Source: a bacterium (GTDB lineage: Bacteria; UBA8248). Taken from it: a stretch of 64,000 bases of DNA. Below the pieces are notes generated by a model. It was not told the DNA's origin, ran no database searches, and saw only the letters and a list, made by a program, of their open reading frames with translations. Positions 30,718-40,701 of this stretch are shown in pieces. The position numbers and the translations under genes were made by a program. Numbering within the stretch: the stretch's first letter is position 1; the number at the start of each line of letters is the position of its first letter. The stretch covers positions 1,344,001-1,408,000 of the forward strand of contig CBDBEV010000001.1 in assembly GCA_965204535.1 (NCBI GenBank). The letters are read 5' to 3'.

Positions 30718-31320
30718 ATGTATTCCGTAGAACGCGAACTCGCGCGAGAAGGCGCCTCGCCCGTCGCTGGCGTGGACGAGGCCGGACGCGGCCCCCTGGC
30801 GGGGCCGGTGGTGGCCGCCGCCGTGGTGCTGGATCCGGAGAATCCGGTCGCCGGCCTTGCCGACAGCAAGAAACTCTCCCCGCGCCAAAGGGAGGTGCTG
30901 CTCACAGAAATTCTGGCGAAAGCGCGCGCCGTCGCCCTGGCGGCGGCGGGGCCGCGCGAGATCGAGAGAATCAACATCCTGCAAGCCTCCCTTCGCGCCA
31001 TGGCGACCGCCGCGGAAGGGCTTGGGCTCGCGCCCGCCCACGTTCTCGTCGACGGGAACAGGAAGATTCCCACCGCACTTCCGCAGACGCCCCTCGTAAA
31101 GGGCGATTCGCGCTGCGCCTGCATCGCCGCGGCGAGCGTGGTCGCCAAGGTCTACCGCGACCGGGTGATGGCCCGGATGGACGGGCGTTTTCCGGGCTAT
31201 GGTTTCGGCAGGCACAAGGGGTATCCCACGCGGGATCATCTGGCCGCTCTCGCGCGGCATGGCCCCTGCCGGATTCATCGGCGCACGTTCCGGGGCGTGC
31301 CTGCCGTAGCAGGAGCATGA
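30718..31320 (+). CDS. rnhB: Ribonuclease HII
   Basis: GVDEAGRGPLAGPV, DSKKL, KGD...IAAASVVAKVYRD, HKGYPT. Confidence 0.97.
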   Translation: MYSVERELAREGASPVAGVDEAGRGPLAGPVVAAAVVLDPENPVAGLADSKKLSPRQREVLLTEILAKARAVALAAAGPREIERINILQASLRAMATAAEGLGLAPAHVLVDGNRKIPTALPQTPLVKGDSRCACIAAASVVAKVYRDRVMARMDGRFPGYGFGRHKGYPTRDHLAALARHGPCRIHRRTFRGVPAVAGA

Positions 31321-31327
31321 GGACGCC

Positions 31328-31687
31328 ATGAGCCGTGAGAGCGGGAAAATCGGAGAGGACGCCGCCGTGAGATTCCTGCGCCGCCAAGGCTATGAGATCA
31401 TCGAGCGAAACTACCGGGGTACCCGCTACGAGGTGGACATCATCGCGCGCGAAGGCGGGGTGTTGTCGTTCATCGAGGTGAAGACCCGCGCGCCGGGGAA
31501 GTCCTTGAGCGGGGCGGAGTCCGTGGGTCGCGAGAAACAGCGCAGAATCGCGCAGGCCGCGCAGCACTACCTCATGACGCATCCGGAGGAGCGCTCATCC
31601 GTCTGCCGATTCGACGTGGTGCTGCTCGAAGCGGATGCGGGGAGAAAGCCCAGGGCGAAGGAATTGATTCGGAATGCGTTTCAGTAG
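31328..31687 (+). CDS. yraN: YraN family (UPF0102) protein
   Basis: GEDAAVRFL...ERNYR...EVDIIA...FIEVKTR...RFDV. Confidence 0.93.
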   Translation: MSRESGKIGEDAAVRFLRRQGYEIIERNYRGTRYEVDIIAREGGVLSFIEVKTRAPGKSLSGAESVGREKQRRIAQAAQHYLMTHPEERSSVCRFDVVLLEADAGRKPRAKELIRNAFQ

Positions 31688-31761
31688 CGCCTCTTTGCGG
31701 CCTGCTCCTTCGGGGCCGTTGGGAAAGCCTCCGCCGGGGGTAAAGGAGATGCCCTCCCGTA

Positions 31762-31998
31762 GGGGCTGTTGAAAAAGGCCACATTTCAGGGGTAGAGGAG
31801 AAGCTCCTCTCGGATAGAAAGGCAACCCCCCCTACCCCCCTTGTCAGGGGGGTATAAAAAGGCGATGCGCTCCCGCCGGGTTGAGGGGGTTTTGCTTTTT
31901 CTTGCCCCCCTGACAAGGGGGGTAGGGGGGGTTGCTTTATGGGGTTTCCCTTTCAAGGGGGTTGCTATTACCCTCTCAGGGGCTTTTTCAACAATCTC
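31762..31998. mobile_element. MITE-like element with the same TIR family but different palindromic cargo
   Basis: GGGGCTGTTGAAAAAGGCC ... GGCTTTTTCAACAATCTC enclosing inverted pair 31824-31852 / 31905-31933 (CCCCCCTTGTCAGGGGGG type). Confidence 0.72.
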
Positions 31999-31999
31999 C

Positions 32000-32253
32000 G
32001 TAGAGCCGGTTCGCGAACCGCCCCTACAGTTGGAGTGCCTCTTGAAGCGTAGGCGCGAATACCTACGTAATTTTGCTCGTCATTTCTGAGCGAGGAAGGC
32101 TTTTTCAACACCCCCCCTTCAACGAGCTGTTGAACAAGTCTCTCGGTCGGTGTTCTCGTTGTCCTTTTTCAGGATGGTTCGAGTCAGGACAGGCACGGAG
32201 GCCTCTCCCTACGGGGCGTCCCTCGATACGGCCCCCTTCGGTAGGCTCAGGGG
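32000..32253. repeat. Cluster of REP-like palindromes and MITE-end fragments
   Basis: GTAGAGCCGGTTCGCGAACCGCCCCTAC (32000-32027), TTTTTCAACACCCC (about 32101), GGACAGGCACGGAGGCCTCTCCCTAC (32187-32212, similar to 63605-63630), CCCTTCGGTAGGCTCAGGG. Confidence 0.65.
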
Positions 32254-33026
32254 TTTCGCTCGGCGATAAGGCGCAGGCCCAGGAGGGTCAAATCGGGGTT
32301 GATCAGGTCGAAAATTCCGTCTTCTTCGTTTAATGCCAGGCTGTGGCCGCCCGTGGCGACGACTTTCGCGCCGCTCCCGAGTTCCGCTTTCATGCGCTCG
32401 ACGATCTCCTTTACGAGGCCCCGGTAGCCGTAGGCGATGCCTGCCTGGATGCTGTGCACCGTGTTCTTCCCGATGACGGTGGGGGGTACTGCGGTCTCGA
32501 CCCGGGGGAGTCGGGCCGTTTTGTCGATGAGCGCTTCCAAGGCGATTCCCAGGCCGGGCGATATGGCGCCGCCCAGGTATTCGCCCCCGGCGGATATCGC
32601 GTCGAAGGTGATGGCCGTTCCGAAATCGACGATGATCAAGGGCCCGCCGTAGAGGTGGTGCCCGGCGACGGCGTTGACGATTCTGTCCGCCCCCACCTCG
32701 CGGGGGTTGTCGTACTTGATGGAGATGCCCGTCCGTATGCCCGGACCGACGACCAGCGGCTTTACGCCGAAGTAGCGCTTCGCCATCTCCTCCAGACTCG
32801 GCCCCAGGGGAGGGACGACGCTCGCGATCACCACGCGGCCCACGTCCGACATCTCGTGACGCCCGAGCCGGAACAAGCCTTCCATGAGAATGGCCAGCTC
32901 ATCCGTCGTGCGGCGGGCCACGGAGCCGAGCCGCCAGCTCGAAGCGAGTTCTTCGCCGTCGAAAAGCCCCACGACGGTCTGCGTGTTGCCCACGTCGATG
33001 GCCAGCAGATAGGAGCCCTGGTTCAT
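32247..33026 (-). CDS. coaX: Type III pantothenate kinase
   Basis: IDVGNT, SVVP, GADRIVN, VDFGTAITFD, GGAISPG, ATGG. Confidence 0.96.
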   Translation of the reverse strand: MNQGSYLLAIDVGNTQTVVGLFDGEELASSWRLGSVARRTTDELAILMEGLFRLGRHEMSDVGRVVIASVVPPLGPSLEEMAKRYFGVKPLVVGPGIRTGISIKYDNPREVGADRIVNAVAGHHLYGGPLIIVDFGTAITFDAISAGGEYLGGAISPGLGIALEALIDKTARLPRVETAVPPTVIGKNTVHSIQAGIAYGYRGLVKEIVERMKAELGSGAKVVATGGHSLALNEEDGIFDLINPDLTLLGLRLIAERNP

Positions 33027-33790
33027 GGGAGTTCCACCTCGCCGGAGGTTATTCTCTCGATGGAACCGCCCGGTTTTTCGAGGAGCAGGCGGCCCGCCTC
33101 GTCAATCCCGTTGTTTTTTCCAACCAAAATCTCATCCGCGGCGCGGACGGATATCGTCCCGCCCAGATTGTCGCATAAGCCGAGCCAGCGGTCGCGGACG
33201 GGGCCGAAACCGCTCGATTCATATTCCTTGTACCAGAAAGCGACCCGCGCCAGAAGGAGATCGAGGAGACCCTCCGCGTCGGGAACCCGCCCTCCCGAGA
33301 GAAGAACCGAGGATGCCGACTCGCGTAGTTCGGGAGGGAAGTCGGCTTCGCGCGTCGTGAGGTTCACGCCCAATCCTGCGACGACGGCAGGGGGCTGGTT
33401 CGGAGGGCTCAAGTATTCGCACAGGATTCCGCCGATTTTTTTGCCGTTCACCCTTAAGTCGTTCGGCCATTTGAGCCCGACCCGGAGGCCCGTCGCCTCC
33501 ATGAGTCCTTCTGCGGCGGCGACGCCGAGCAGGAGCGTCAGGAGGGGTGAATTTTCAGCTTCGCCACCTGCGCGAAACAGGATGGAGAAATAGAGTCCGC
33601 TCCCGGGTGGTGAGAACCAGGAGCGCCCTCTTCTGCCGCGTCCTGTTGTTTGGGAAATCGCGCGTATCACGAGGCCGCCCGGCTCGCCCGCGCGTGCGCG
33701 GGTGGAGACCAGATCGTTGGTGGAGCTTGTCTCGTCAATCGTTTCTACGCGCCAGGCGAGCGTCTTTTCGCTGGCGCGGGTGGGGTCCAT
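33023..33790 (-). CDS. birA: Biotin-protein ligase (no N-terminal HTH)
   Basis: SSTN, QTTGRGRRGRSW, KWPND, KIGGIL. Confidence 0.95.
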   Translation of the reverse strand: MDPTRASEKTLAWRVETIDETSSTNDLVSTRARAGEPGGLVIRAISQTTGRGRRGRSWFSPPGSGLYFSILFRAGGEAENSPLLTLLLGVAAAEGLMEATGLRVGLKWPNDLRVNGKKIGGILCEYLSPPNQPPAVVAGLGVNLTTREADFPPELRESASSVLLSGGRVPDAEGLLDLLLARVAFWYKEYESSGFGPVRDRWLGLCDNLGGTISVRAADEILVGKNNGIDEAGRLLLEKPGGSIERITSGEVELP

Positions 33791-36412
33791 CTAGTCCTGA
33801 AACTCTGCGATGCGCTCTGCGCTCTCGCGGAGTTTTTCCGCGCGCTCTTGCGTTTCGCGCAGGCGGTTCTTGTCCTTCTCCACGATCTCGGCGGGCGCGC
33901 GTTCGATGAAGGCGGGGTTGGCGAGTTTTTTCTCGAGGCCCGATATCGCATCGTCCGCGTCGGCGATTTGCTTGTGGAGGCGCTTCAACTCCTCTTCGAC
34001 GTCGATGAGTCCGCCGATGGGGACGAACGCCTGCCCGTAGCCGAAAACGGTGTGGGCTGACGCCTTGGGACGCTCCACGTCGGGGCCGACCTTCCAGTCG
34101 GGCGCAATTTTGGCCAGTCGCCGAATCCACTCGGATTCGCGCATGATGACGTCGATTTTCTCGGGGTTCTGCACCTGAATGTGCGCGGGCATCTCCTTGT
34201 TGGGGGAAATGTTGAGTTCGCCCCGTATGTTCCTGATGCCGCCGATCATCTCCGTCAGGGCCTCGAACTCCGCTTCCGCTTGCGGGTCGTCCCACCCGTC
34301 CTGCGGCTTCGGCCACTCGGCCACCATGATGCTCTCGCCCGTGCGGTTCGGAAGTTTCTGCCATATCTCCTCGGTGATGAAGGGGATGATCGGGTGCAGC
34401 AGCCGCAGCGTGCGTTCGAGCGCCTCGGCGAGCACGGCGCGGCTGGCGTCGCCCCGCTCCCCGGAGGTGAGGGCGGGTTTGATGACCTCCAGGTACCAGT
34501 CGCAGAGCTCATGCCAGGTGAAGTGGTAAAGCGCGAGGGCGGCGTCGTTGAAGCGGTATTCTTCGAGCGCTTCGTCCACCTGGCGCGTCACGCCGTTCAG
34601 GCGGCTCAGTATCCATCTGTCCCCGAGGGAGAGTTCTTCTCTGGGCGGCATGGGCGGAGCGCTCTCGCCCAGGTTCATGAGCGTGAAGCGGGCCGCGTTC
34701 CAGATTTTGTTGCAGAAATTCCGGTACCCGGCGATTCGCTCGGTGGACAGGCGTATGTCGCGCCCCTGGGCGGCCATGGCGGTGAGGGTGAAGCGGAGTG
34801 AATCCGTTCCGAATTCCTCGATGATCTCCAGCGGGTCGATGATGTTCCCGCGCGTCTTGCTCATCTTGTGTCCCTGCTCGTCCCGCACCAGGGCGTGGAT
34901 GTAGACGTCGCGGAAGGGGACGTCGTCCATGAACTTGAGACCCGTCATGATCATCCTCGCCACCCAGAAGAAGATGATGTCGAAGCCTGTGACGAGGACG
35001 GACGTGGGGTAGAAGTATTTCAGATCTTCATTGTCGTCCGGCCATCCGAACGTCGAGAAGGGCCAGAGAGCCGAGCTGAACCAGGTGTCGAGCACGTCGG
35101 TTTCGCGTCTTAAGTTCGGGTCGTCCGGATCTTCGCGCGAGACGACCACCTCTCCGGTGTCGTCGTTGTACCAGGCGGGTATCTGGTGGCCCCACCATAT
35201 CTGGCGGCTGATGCACCAGTCCCGGATGTTATGCATCCACTCGAAATAGGTGGACTCCCACTGTTTGGGGATGATTTTGATTCGCCCGTCCTCGACGGCG
35301 CGTATCGATTCCTCCGCCAGCGGCTTCGCGCGCACGAACCATTGTTTCGAGAGGTAAGGCTCCACCACCGTGCCGCAGCGGTAGCATCCGCCGATGGCGT
35401 GACGATGGGCCTCCACCCCGCGCATCAACCCCTGCGCTTCCATGTCGGCGACGACGCGCTCGCGCGCCACGAAGCGGTCCAGCCCCTCGTAGGGGCCTCC
35501 GTTTTCGTTGATCTTCGCGTCCGGCGTGAGGATGTTGACTTGCGGCAGGTCGTTTCTGAGGCCCGCCTCGAAATCGTTCGGGTCGTGCGCGGGCGTGACC
35601 TTCACGGCGCCCGAGCCGAACCCGGCGTCCACGAAAGAATCCGCGATGACGGGGATTTTCCTGTCCAGTAGCGGCAGGCGCAGATGCTCGCCCACGAGGT
35701 TCTTGTATCTCTCGTCGTCGGGATGGACGGCCACGGCCGTATCGCCGAGCATGGTCTCGGGGCGCGTCGTCGCGATGGTGACGCCGTCCCCGCCGTTCCA
35801 GAGCGGGTAGTGGAAATTCCACAGGTGGCCGTCGTGTTCTTCGTGTTCGACTTCCAGGTCGGAAACAGCCGTCCCGCACCTCGGGCACCAGTTCACCAGA
35901 TAGTTGTCGCGGTAGATCAGCCCCTCTTCATAGAGCCTCACGAAGGCTTCGCGCACGGCGCGGGAGAGCCCCTCGTCCATCGTGAACCGCTCGCGCTCCC
36001 AGTCGCACGAAGCGCCCAGGCGGTGAAGCTGGTGGATGATGGTTCCGCCGCTCTCGGCCTTCCATTTCCAGACGCGCTCGATGAATTTCTCACGCCCCAG
36101 GGATTCGCGCGATTGATTCTCCTCGGCGAGTTGGCGCTCCACCACGTTCTGGGTGGCGATGCCCGCGTGGTCGGTGCCGGGCATCCAGCAGACGCGCAGG
36201 CCGCTCATGCGTTTCCAGCGGACGAGGATGTCCTGCAGGGTGTTGTTCAGGGCGTGGCCCATGTGGAGCGAGCCTGTCACGTTCGGGGGCGGGATGACGA
36301 TGGAGTAAGGCTCGTGGCTCTCGCTGGGCGCGCCGTGAAAATATCCGCGCTTCAGCCATTCGGCATACCAGCGATCTTCGGCCCCTTTCGGGTCGTAGCG
36401 GGGTTCCAGCAA
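33791..36412 (-). CDS. valS: Valine-tRNA ligase
   Basis: PPPNVTGSLHMGH, DWCISRQIWWGH, DTWFSS, KMSKT, C-terminal coiled coil; TTG start. Confidence 0.98.
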   Translation of the reverse strand: MLEPRYDPKGAEDRWYAEWLKRGYFHGAPSESHEPYSIVIPPPNVTGSLHMGHALNNTLQDILVRWKRMSGLRVCWMPGTDHAGIATQNVVERQLAEENQSRESLGREKFIERVWKWKAESGGTIIHQLHRLGASCDWERERFTMDEGLSRAVREAFVRLYEEGLIYRDNYLVNWCPRCGTAVSDLEVEHEEHDGHLWNFHYPLWNGGDGVTIATTRPETMLGDTAVAVHPDDERYKNLVGEHLRLPLLDRKIPVIADSFVDAGFGSGAVKVTPAHDPNDFEAGLRNDLPQVNILTPDAKINENGGPYEGLDRFVARERVVADMEAQGLMRGVEAHRHAIGGCYRCGTVVEPYLSKQWFVRAKPLAEESIRAVEDGRIKIIPKQWESTYFEWMHNIRDWCISRQIWWGHQIPAWYNDDTGEVVVSREDPDDPNLRRETDVLDTWFSSALWPFSTFGWPDDNEDLKYFYPTSVLVTGFDIIFFWVARMIMTGLKFMDDVPFRDVYIHALVRDEQGHKMSKTRGNIIDPLEIIEEFGTDSLRFTLTAMAAQGRDIRLSTERIAGYRNFCNKIWNAARFTLMNLGESAPPMPPREELSLGDRWILSRLNGVTRQVDEALEEYRFNDAALALYHFTWHELCDWYLEVIKPALTSGERGDASRAVLAEALERTLRLLHPIIPFITEEIWQKLPNRTGESIMVAEWPKPQDGWDDPQAEAEFEALTEMIGGIRNIRGELNISPNKEMPAHIQVQNPEKIDVIMRESEWIRRLAKIAPDWKVGPDVERPKASAHTVFGYGQAFVPIGGLIDVEEELKRLHKQIADADDAISGLEKKLANPAFIERAPAEIVEKDKNRLRETQERAEKLRESAERIAEFQD

Positions 36413-36415
36413 AAC

Positions 36416-37126
36416 TTATTCTCCGCGTTTGATTTTATCGATTTCTCGAATGACGATTTTCTCTACGATATAGGGGAGCTGTTTTACCACGGCGTCTTCG
36501 ATGTGGCTGAGCAACGTGGGGGCGATCTTTTCTGCCGCTTCTTCCAGATGTTTGGCGATTATGGGAGCGAGTGTTTCGCTGTCGAGGGCGAGCGGGGCGT
36601 CGGAGGGGGCGACTTGCTCCTCACCGCTGGCAGATTCCGCGCCTTCCGCTTCGGCGGAAGGCGTTTCAACGGATTCCCCTGTGGCGTCTCCTGAAGAGGA
36701 GGGCGATTCCTCCATCCCGGTTTCCGGGGAATCGGGCTCCGGTGTCGATGTGCTATGTCCATGACCGATGATGCGCTCCACTTCGTCCGTGAAAACCACC
36801 GGTTTGAACGGTTTCTCGATGTTCGCCACCGCGCCCACTTCCTGGATTTCCTCATCGCTGACGCTGTTGCGCGTGCTCGTTAAAACGAGGAGAGGGACCT
36901 GGGAGAGTTCCGGTTTTTCGCGCAGGCGACGGCAAAAGGCCAAGCCGTCGGAACCCTCCATGTCCAGGCTCGCGACGACGACGTCCGGCGCCGCATTCTC
37001 CGCCATTTCAAGCGCTTCGTCTGCATTCTCCGCTATCTGGACGTCGACTCCCTTATCCCTGTAGGCCAATTCCACGACGCGTTGCACCAGGAGGCTTTCA
37101 TCGAGGAGAAGTAATTTGGTCGTCAT
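36416..37126 (-). CDS. Atypical receiver-domain protein with acidic linker and RomR/PopZ-like C-terminal helices
   Basis: Receiver fold (LLLLDE...PDVVVASLDM...DG...KPF), Ser/Glu/Pro-rich linker, C-terminus LPYIVEKIVIREIDKIKRG. Confidence 0.8.
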   Translation of the reverse strand: MTTKLLLLDESLLVQRVVELAYRDKGVDVQIAENADEALEMAENAAPDVVVASLDMEGSDGLAFCRRLREKPELSQVPLLVLTSTRNSVSDEEIQEVGAVANIEKPFKPVVFTDEVERIIGHGHSTSTPEPDSPETGMEESPSSSGDATGESVETPSAEAEGAESASGEEQVAPSDAPLALDSETLAPIIAKHLEEAAEKIAPTLLSHIEDAVVKQLPYIVEKIVIREIDKIKRGE

Positions 37127-37282
37127 ATGATCGGTCCTCGTCCGGTCGTTCGCTGGATGAGCCGAAAGGACGATAAGAGCCAGCAGTCTACGCTCAAATA
37201 TCTTTGTAACTCTTGAGCCTTCTTGCGCCGGGCAACTGGCTGATAATCATGCCACCACCGCAATTCCGGGGTCAACCAGTTT

Positions 37283-38350
37283 CTATTTGCGCTGGTACCG
37301 GTTCACGGCGCGGCGGTGTTCTCGGTACGTGCGGGAAAATCGATGGCCGCCTTCCTTGGTGGCCACGAAATACAGGTATTTCACCTGGGCGGGATTCAAG
37401 GCCGATTTGATGGATTCCAGCCCCGGGCTGGCGATGGGGCCCGGGGGAAGTCCCCGGTGGAGGTAGGTGTTATAGGGTGAATCGTACCGCAAATCTTTTT
37501 TGGTGATGTTTCCGTCGAAACGGGGAAGCCCGTATATGACGGTGGGGTCGCTCTGGAGGCGCATTCTTCGTTTGAGCCGGTTGATGAACACGGCGGCGAT
37601 GAGTGGCCGTTCGCTGCCGAGAGATGTTTCTTTTTCGATAATGGAGGCCAGGGTGAGCGCCTGATGCATGGTGAATCCCATCGTTTTCGCCTGCTCTCTG
37701 AGAGCGGGCGAGAATTTCCTCCGCATCGTGCGAACCATGAAACCCAGGATTTTCTTCGACGAGGCGCCCACCGGGAATTGATACGTGTCGGGGAATAGAT
37801 ATCCCTCGATGGAGGCCGCGGAAATCTTGAGTTCCCGAAGGAAAGAAGGATCGCGGGCGAGTCTGAGAATTTCCTCTTCGTCTGCGAGTTTCGCGCGCTG
37901 AATCGTCCGGGCGATTTCCCGGACGTTGTAACCCTCGGGAATGGTGAACGTGCGCCGGGCGACTCTGCCCTCCGACAGATGCCGGTATATCTCTCGCGGC
38001 GACATGGATGCTTTGAGCGCATAGACGCCGGCCTGAATGTTTGTTGCGCCGCCTCTGAGTCTGGCCTGGAGATGGAACAACCCGGGGTTTTGAATCAGGC
38101 GGTTTTTCTCCAGCAATTCGAGTATTTGGGCGAAGGACATGCCCGGGCGGATGTGGACGTGTTTCGTTTCATTCGCCTTGGGGTTCGCGGGGCGACGGAA
38201 TTCATCGTCGAGATATTGATAGCCGATGAAAGCGGCCAGGACGATGGAGGAGAAAAGGGCGACGAGGATTTTCCCGAGCCGCCTCTTTTTGGCGGGAGGC
38301 GATATTTCCGGCGCATCGGATTCTTCGGGGGGATTTTCTTGTTCACTCAT
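37283..38350 (-). CDS. mltG: Endolytic transglycosylase MltG
   Basis: TM anchor, TIPEG, EGYLFPDTY, ASIIEKE, LQSDPT, SPYNTY...GLPPGPI. Confidence 0.96.
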   Translation of the reverse strand: MSEQENPPEESDAPEISPPAKKRRLGKILVALFSSIVLAAFIGYQYLDDEFRRPANPKANETKHVHIRPGMSFAQILELLEKNRLIQNPGLFHLQARLRGGATNIQAGVYALKASMSPREIYRHLSEGRVARRTFTIPEGYNVREIARTIQRAKLADEEEILRLARDPSFLRELKISAASIEGYLFPDTYQFPVGASSKKILGFMVRTMRRKFSPALREQAKTMGFTMHQALTLASIIEKETSLGSERPLIAAVFINRLKRRMRLQSDPTVIYGLPRFDGNITKKDLRYDSPYNTYLHRGLPPGPIASPGLESIKSALNPAQVKYLYFVATKEGGHRFSRTYREHRRAVNRYQRK

Positions 38351-38786
38351 GGGAAATCGCGCGTTCCATCCTCTGATGATCCAGGTACGCCTGTAGTATG
38401 AGTTGCGCCGCGATGATGTCGCGCTTTTTCATCTTTTTGCTCGGCCTGGTTTCCGTTTCATTCAAAACCCGGTCCGCCTGCGTCGTGCTGAGCCGCTCGT
38501 CCCATTTCTCGACGGGGACCGCTAAATTGTTCCGCAAAAATTTCACGAGCCTTCTGGTGCGCTTCGCCCTGGACGTATCGCGGTTCGAGAGTCCGACGGG
38601 GTGCCCCACGACCAGCAGATGAACATCATGCTCACGGATGATGTTGCTTACCTCGTCGAGCAGTTGCGCATCACTTCGCCTTTCGATGAGGCCGAGTGGC
38701 TGGGATGTCAGACCGAGCGAGTCGCTGATGGCGAGACCCACGCGTTTTTCGCCGAAGTCCATTCCCAGGATTCGGGGATGACTCAT
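38343..38786 (-). CDS. ruvX: YqgF/RuvX family nuclease
   Basis: ILGMDFGEKRVGLAISD, WDERLST, DIIAAQLILQAYLD. Confidence 0.94.
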   Translation of the reverse strand: MSHPRILGMDFGEKRVGLAISDSLGLTSQPLGLIERRSDAQLLDEVSNIIREHDVHLLVVGHPVGLSNRDTSRAKRTRRLVKFLRNNLAVPVEKWDERLSTTQADRVLNETETRPSKKMKKRDIIAAQLILQAYLDHQRMERAISHE

Positions 38787-40402
38787 TTTTTTCCGGTTTT
38801 CGTCTTCGTCTCGCCGGGATAGAACATTTCGATCTGGAATCGTTCGAGCGTGGAATGGGTCGCCCTGTCCAATGAGGCGAGAGATTTGTGGTAGTCGATG
38901 AGCGCCCGGGTTTCTTCCGTCAGTGCGTTGGCCAGCCTTTCCTGGTCTTCGAGAATGTTTCTGCTCGTCGAGAGGCCGACCTTGAATTTCTTCTCCTGGG
39001 CGTCGAGGCGCTCTTCCGCCAGCCTTCTGGCGACGCGCGTCGCCTCGATTCTTTTTACGTTTACGCGAACCCGGCGCGCGTTGCGTCGGACTTCCTCCAT
39101 GATGGCCTGTTGCGTTTGATGGTAGGAGGCCACCGTTTTGGCGTGCTGGAGTTGCGCCTGGCGGTAGTCCGCGTTCGCTCCCCTGTTTCCGATGGGGATG
39201 CGGAACGAGACCCCGCCGGAGAAGGTGTAGTTTTCGTTCTTGAATTGTTCTTCAAAAGCTCTTCCTTCGGTTTCCGCAAGAGAGTTGTTGGATGCCGATG
39301 CGTTCAAATTGACTTCGGGAAGCAGGTTTTGTTCCGCTACTTTCATGTCGATTTTTCTTTTGTCGATTTCGATGCGGGCGTTCTCCAGCGCCGCGTGCTT
39401 GCGCAAGGCGCCGAGCGTGAGTTTCATCTCGTCTACCTGAACCACCTGAAACTCGGGCTTGTCCTTCGGCAGAATGCTGATGTCCCAGGAAGAGGGTTTC
39501 TCCGCTACGTTCAGCAGCATTTTCAGGGTGTCTTCCCGGTCCTTGACTTCGCGCTCCGCTACGAGAAGGGCTTCTTCCCGGGAGGCGACGGTGGCTTCCG
39601 CCTCCGTTATCTCTATCGGAGCGAGCGTGCCGACCTCGACCTGAATCTTGTTCCGGCGCAAGAGGTCCTTCGCGAGATCGAGGGATTTTCGCCTGAACTG
39701 GAGATTTTCGATGGAGAAGACGAGGTTCCAGTAAGCCTGTTGAACGGCGTCCACCGTCTGGATGACCCTGCTTCGATACGCATGGAACGTTTGTTCTTTC
39801 GTGGCCATGGCCACCTTGATCCTGGCCCGGTTGAGATTGATGCCGAAATTCTTGAGCAAGGGCTGTTCGATGGTGAAAGTGAGACTGGTTTGGTAGCTCG
39901 GGTCGAAACGGTTCTGTGGAGAGTTCGTCGATTCTCTGATGTTTCGCAGGATGAGTGAATACTCGGCGCCCGTGATGATTCTTTGGCGGATGCCGGCCGC
40001 GATACCCAAGCTGTCGGTTTCCCGTATTCCCCCGGTCGCGTTGAATGCGCTGTTCGCAGAGCCGAGCTTGGATTTGCTGGCACTCGTGTCCACAAAGGCC
40101 TGGGGGTCGAAGGCGGAGCGTTCCCTGGTGACGTTGCTTTCCGCGATGTCGGGGTCGAACCCGGCGATGGTGATGTCGAAATTGCGCGCGAGGGCGATGC
40201 TCACGGCTTCTCGTATGGACAGCGCGATGCGAGGGCCACTTATGCTCGGCGGCGCCACGTTGCTGCGTGGACGTTCGAAAGAAGTTTCCGCAGACATGCC
40301 GGATGTTGCGGCGGGGGCTGCATCCGCGAGAAGGAGTGAGGGTAAAGAGATGAGAATCGAAAGCGCAATAGACCGGAAAGACAATAATTTGGGCGGTCTC
40401 AT
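38783..40402 (-). CDS. TolC family outer membrane efflux protein
   Basis: Signal peptide, two OEP repeats (LSIREAVSIALARN, AYWNL, LLPEVNL, KFKVGLST). Confidence 0.9.
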   Translation of the reverse strand: MRPPKLLSFRSIALSILISLPSLLLADAAPAATSGMSAETSFERPRSNVAPPSISGPRIALSIREAVSIALARNFDITIAGFDPDIAESNVTRERSAFDPQAFVDTSASKSKLGSANSAFNATGGIRETDSLGIAAGIRQRIITGAEYSLILRNIRESTNSPQNRFDPSYQTSLTFTIEQPLLKNFGINLNRARIKVAMATKEQTFHAYRSRVIQTVDAVQQAYWNLVFSIENLQFRRKSLDLAKDLLRRNKIQVEVGTLAPIEITEAEATVASREEALLVAEREVKDREDTLKMLLNVAEKPSSWDISILPKDKPEFQVVQVDEMKLTLGALRKHAALENARIEIDKRKIDMKVAEQNLLPEVNLNASASNNSLAETEGRAFEEQFKNENYTFSGGVSFRIPIGNRGANADYRQAQLQHAKTVASYHQTQQAIMEEVRRNARRVRVNVKRIEATRVARRLAEERLDAQEKKFKVGLSTSRNILEDQERLANALTEETRALIDYHKSLASLDRATHSTLERFQIEMFYPGETKTKTGKK

Positions 40403-40701
40403 ATAAGATATCGCTCCACGTTACCGGCGGCGTAGACCATGAATCGCTTTTGCCGTGAATCTACCCGTCATTCCCGCGCTCGAGTTCTCCGGCTTCTTGT
40501 GGACATATTACTCATATCGGGACGAAAAGGGAAATGAGTTTTTGTTTTTCCATCGGTTACTCTTTGTAAATGCGGGAGATAGAGCGTTGCCCCTTCTTTT
40601 CTTGCGCAAGTGCGCGACGCTCTGCTAGAAAGATTTTCGGGAGAAACCTATGGTTCGCAGCTGTATTTCGTGAGCAGCGATTTTTTTGAGGTGAGCGAGC
40701 G

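Noticed and set aside
30568-31329. N-terminal 250 aa of the 583-aa hydrolase ORF
   Set aside because: Overlaps rnhB antisense; a TTG start with RBS at 30567 gives a normal-sized hydrolase.
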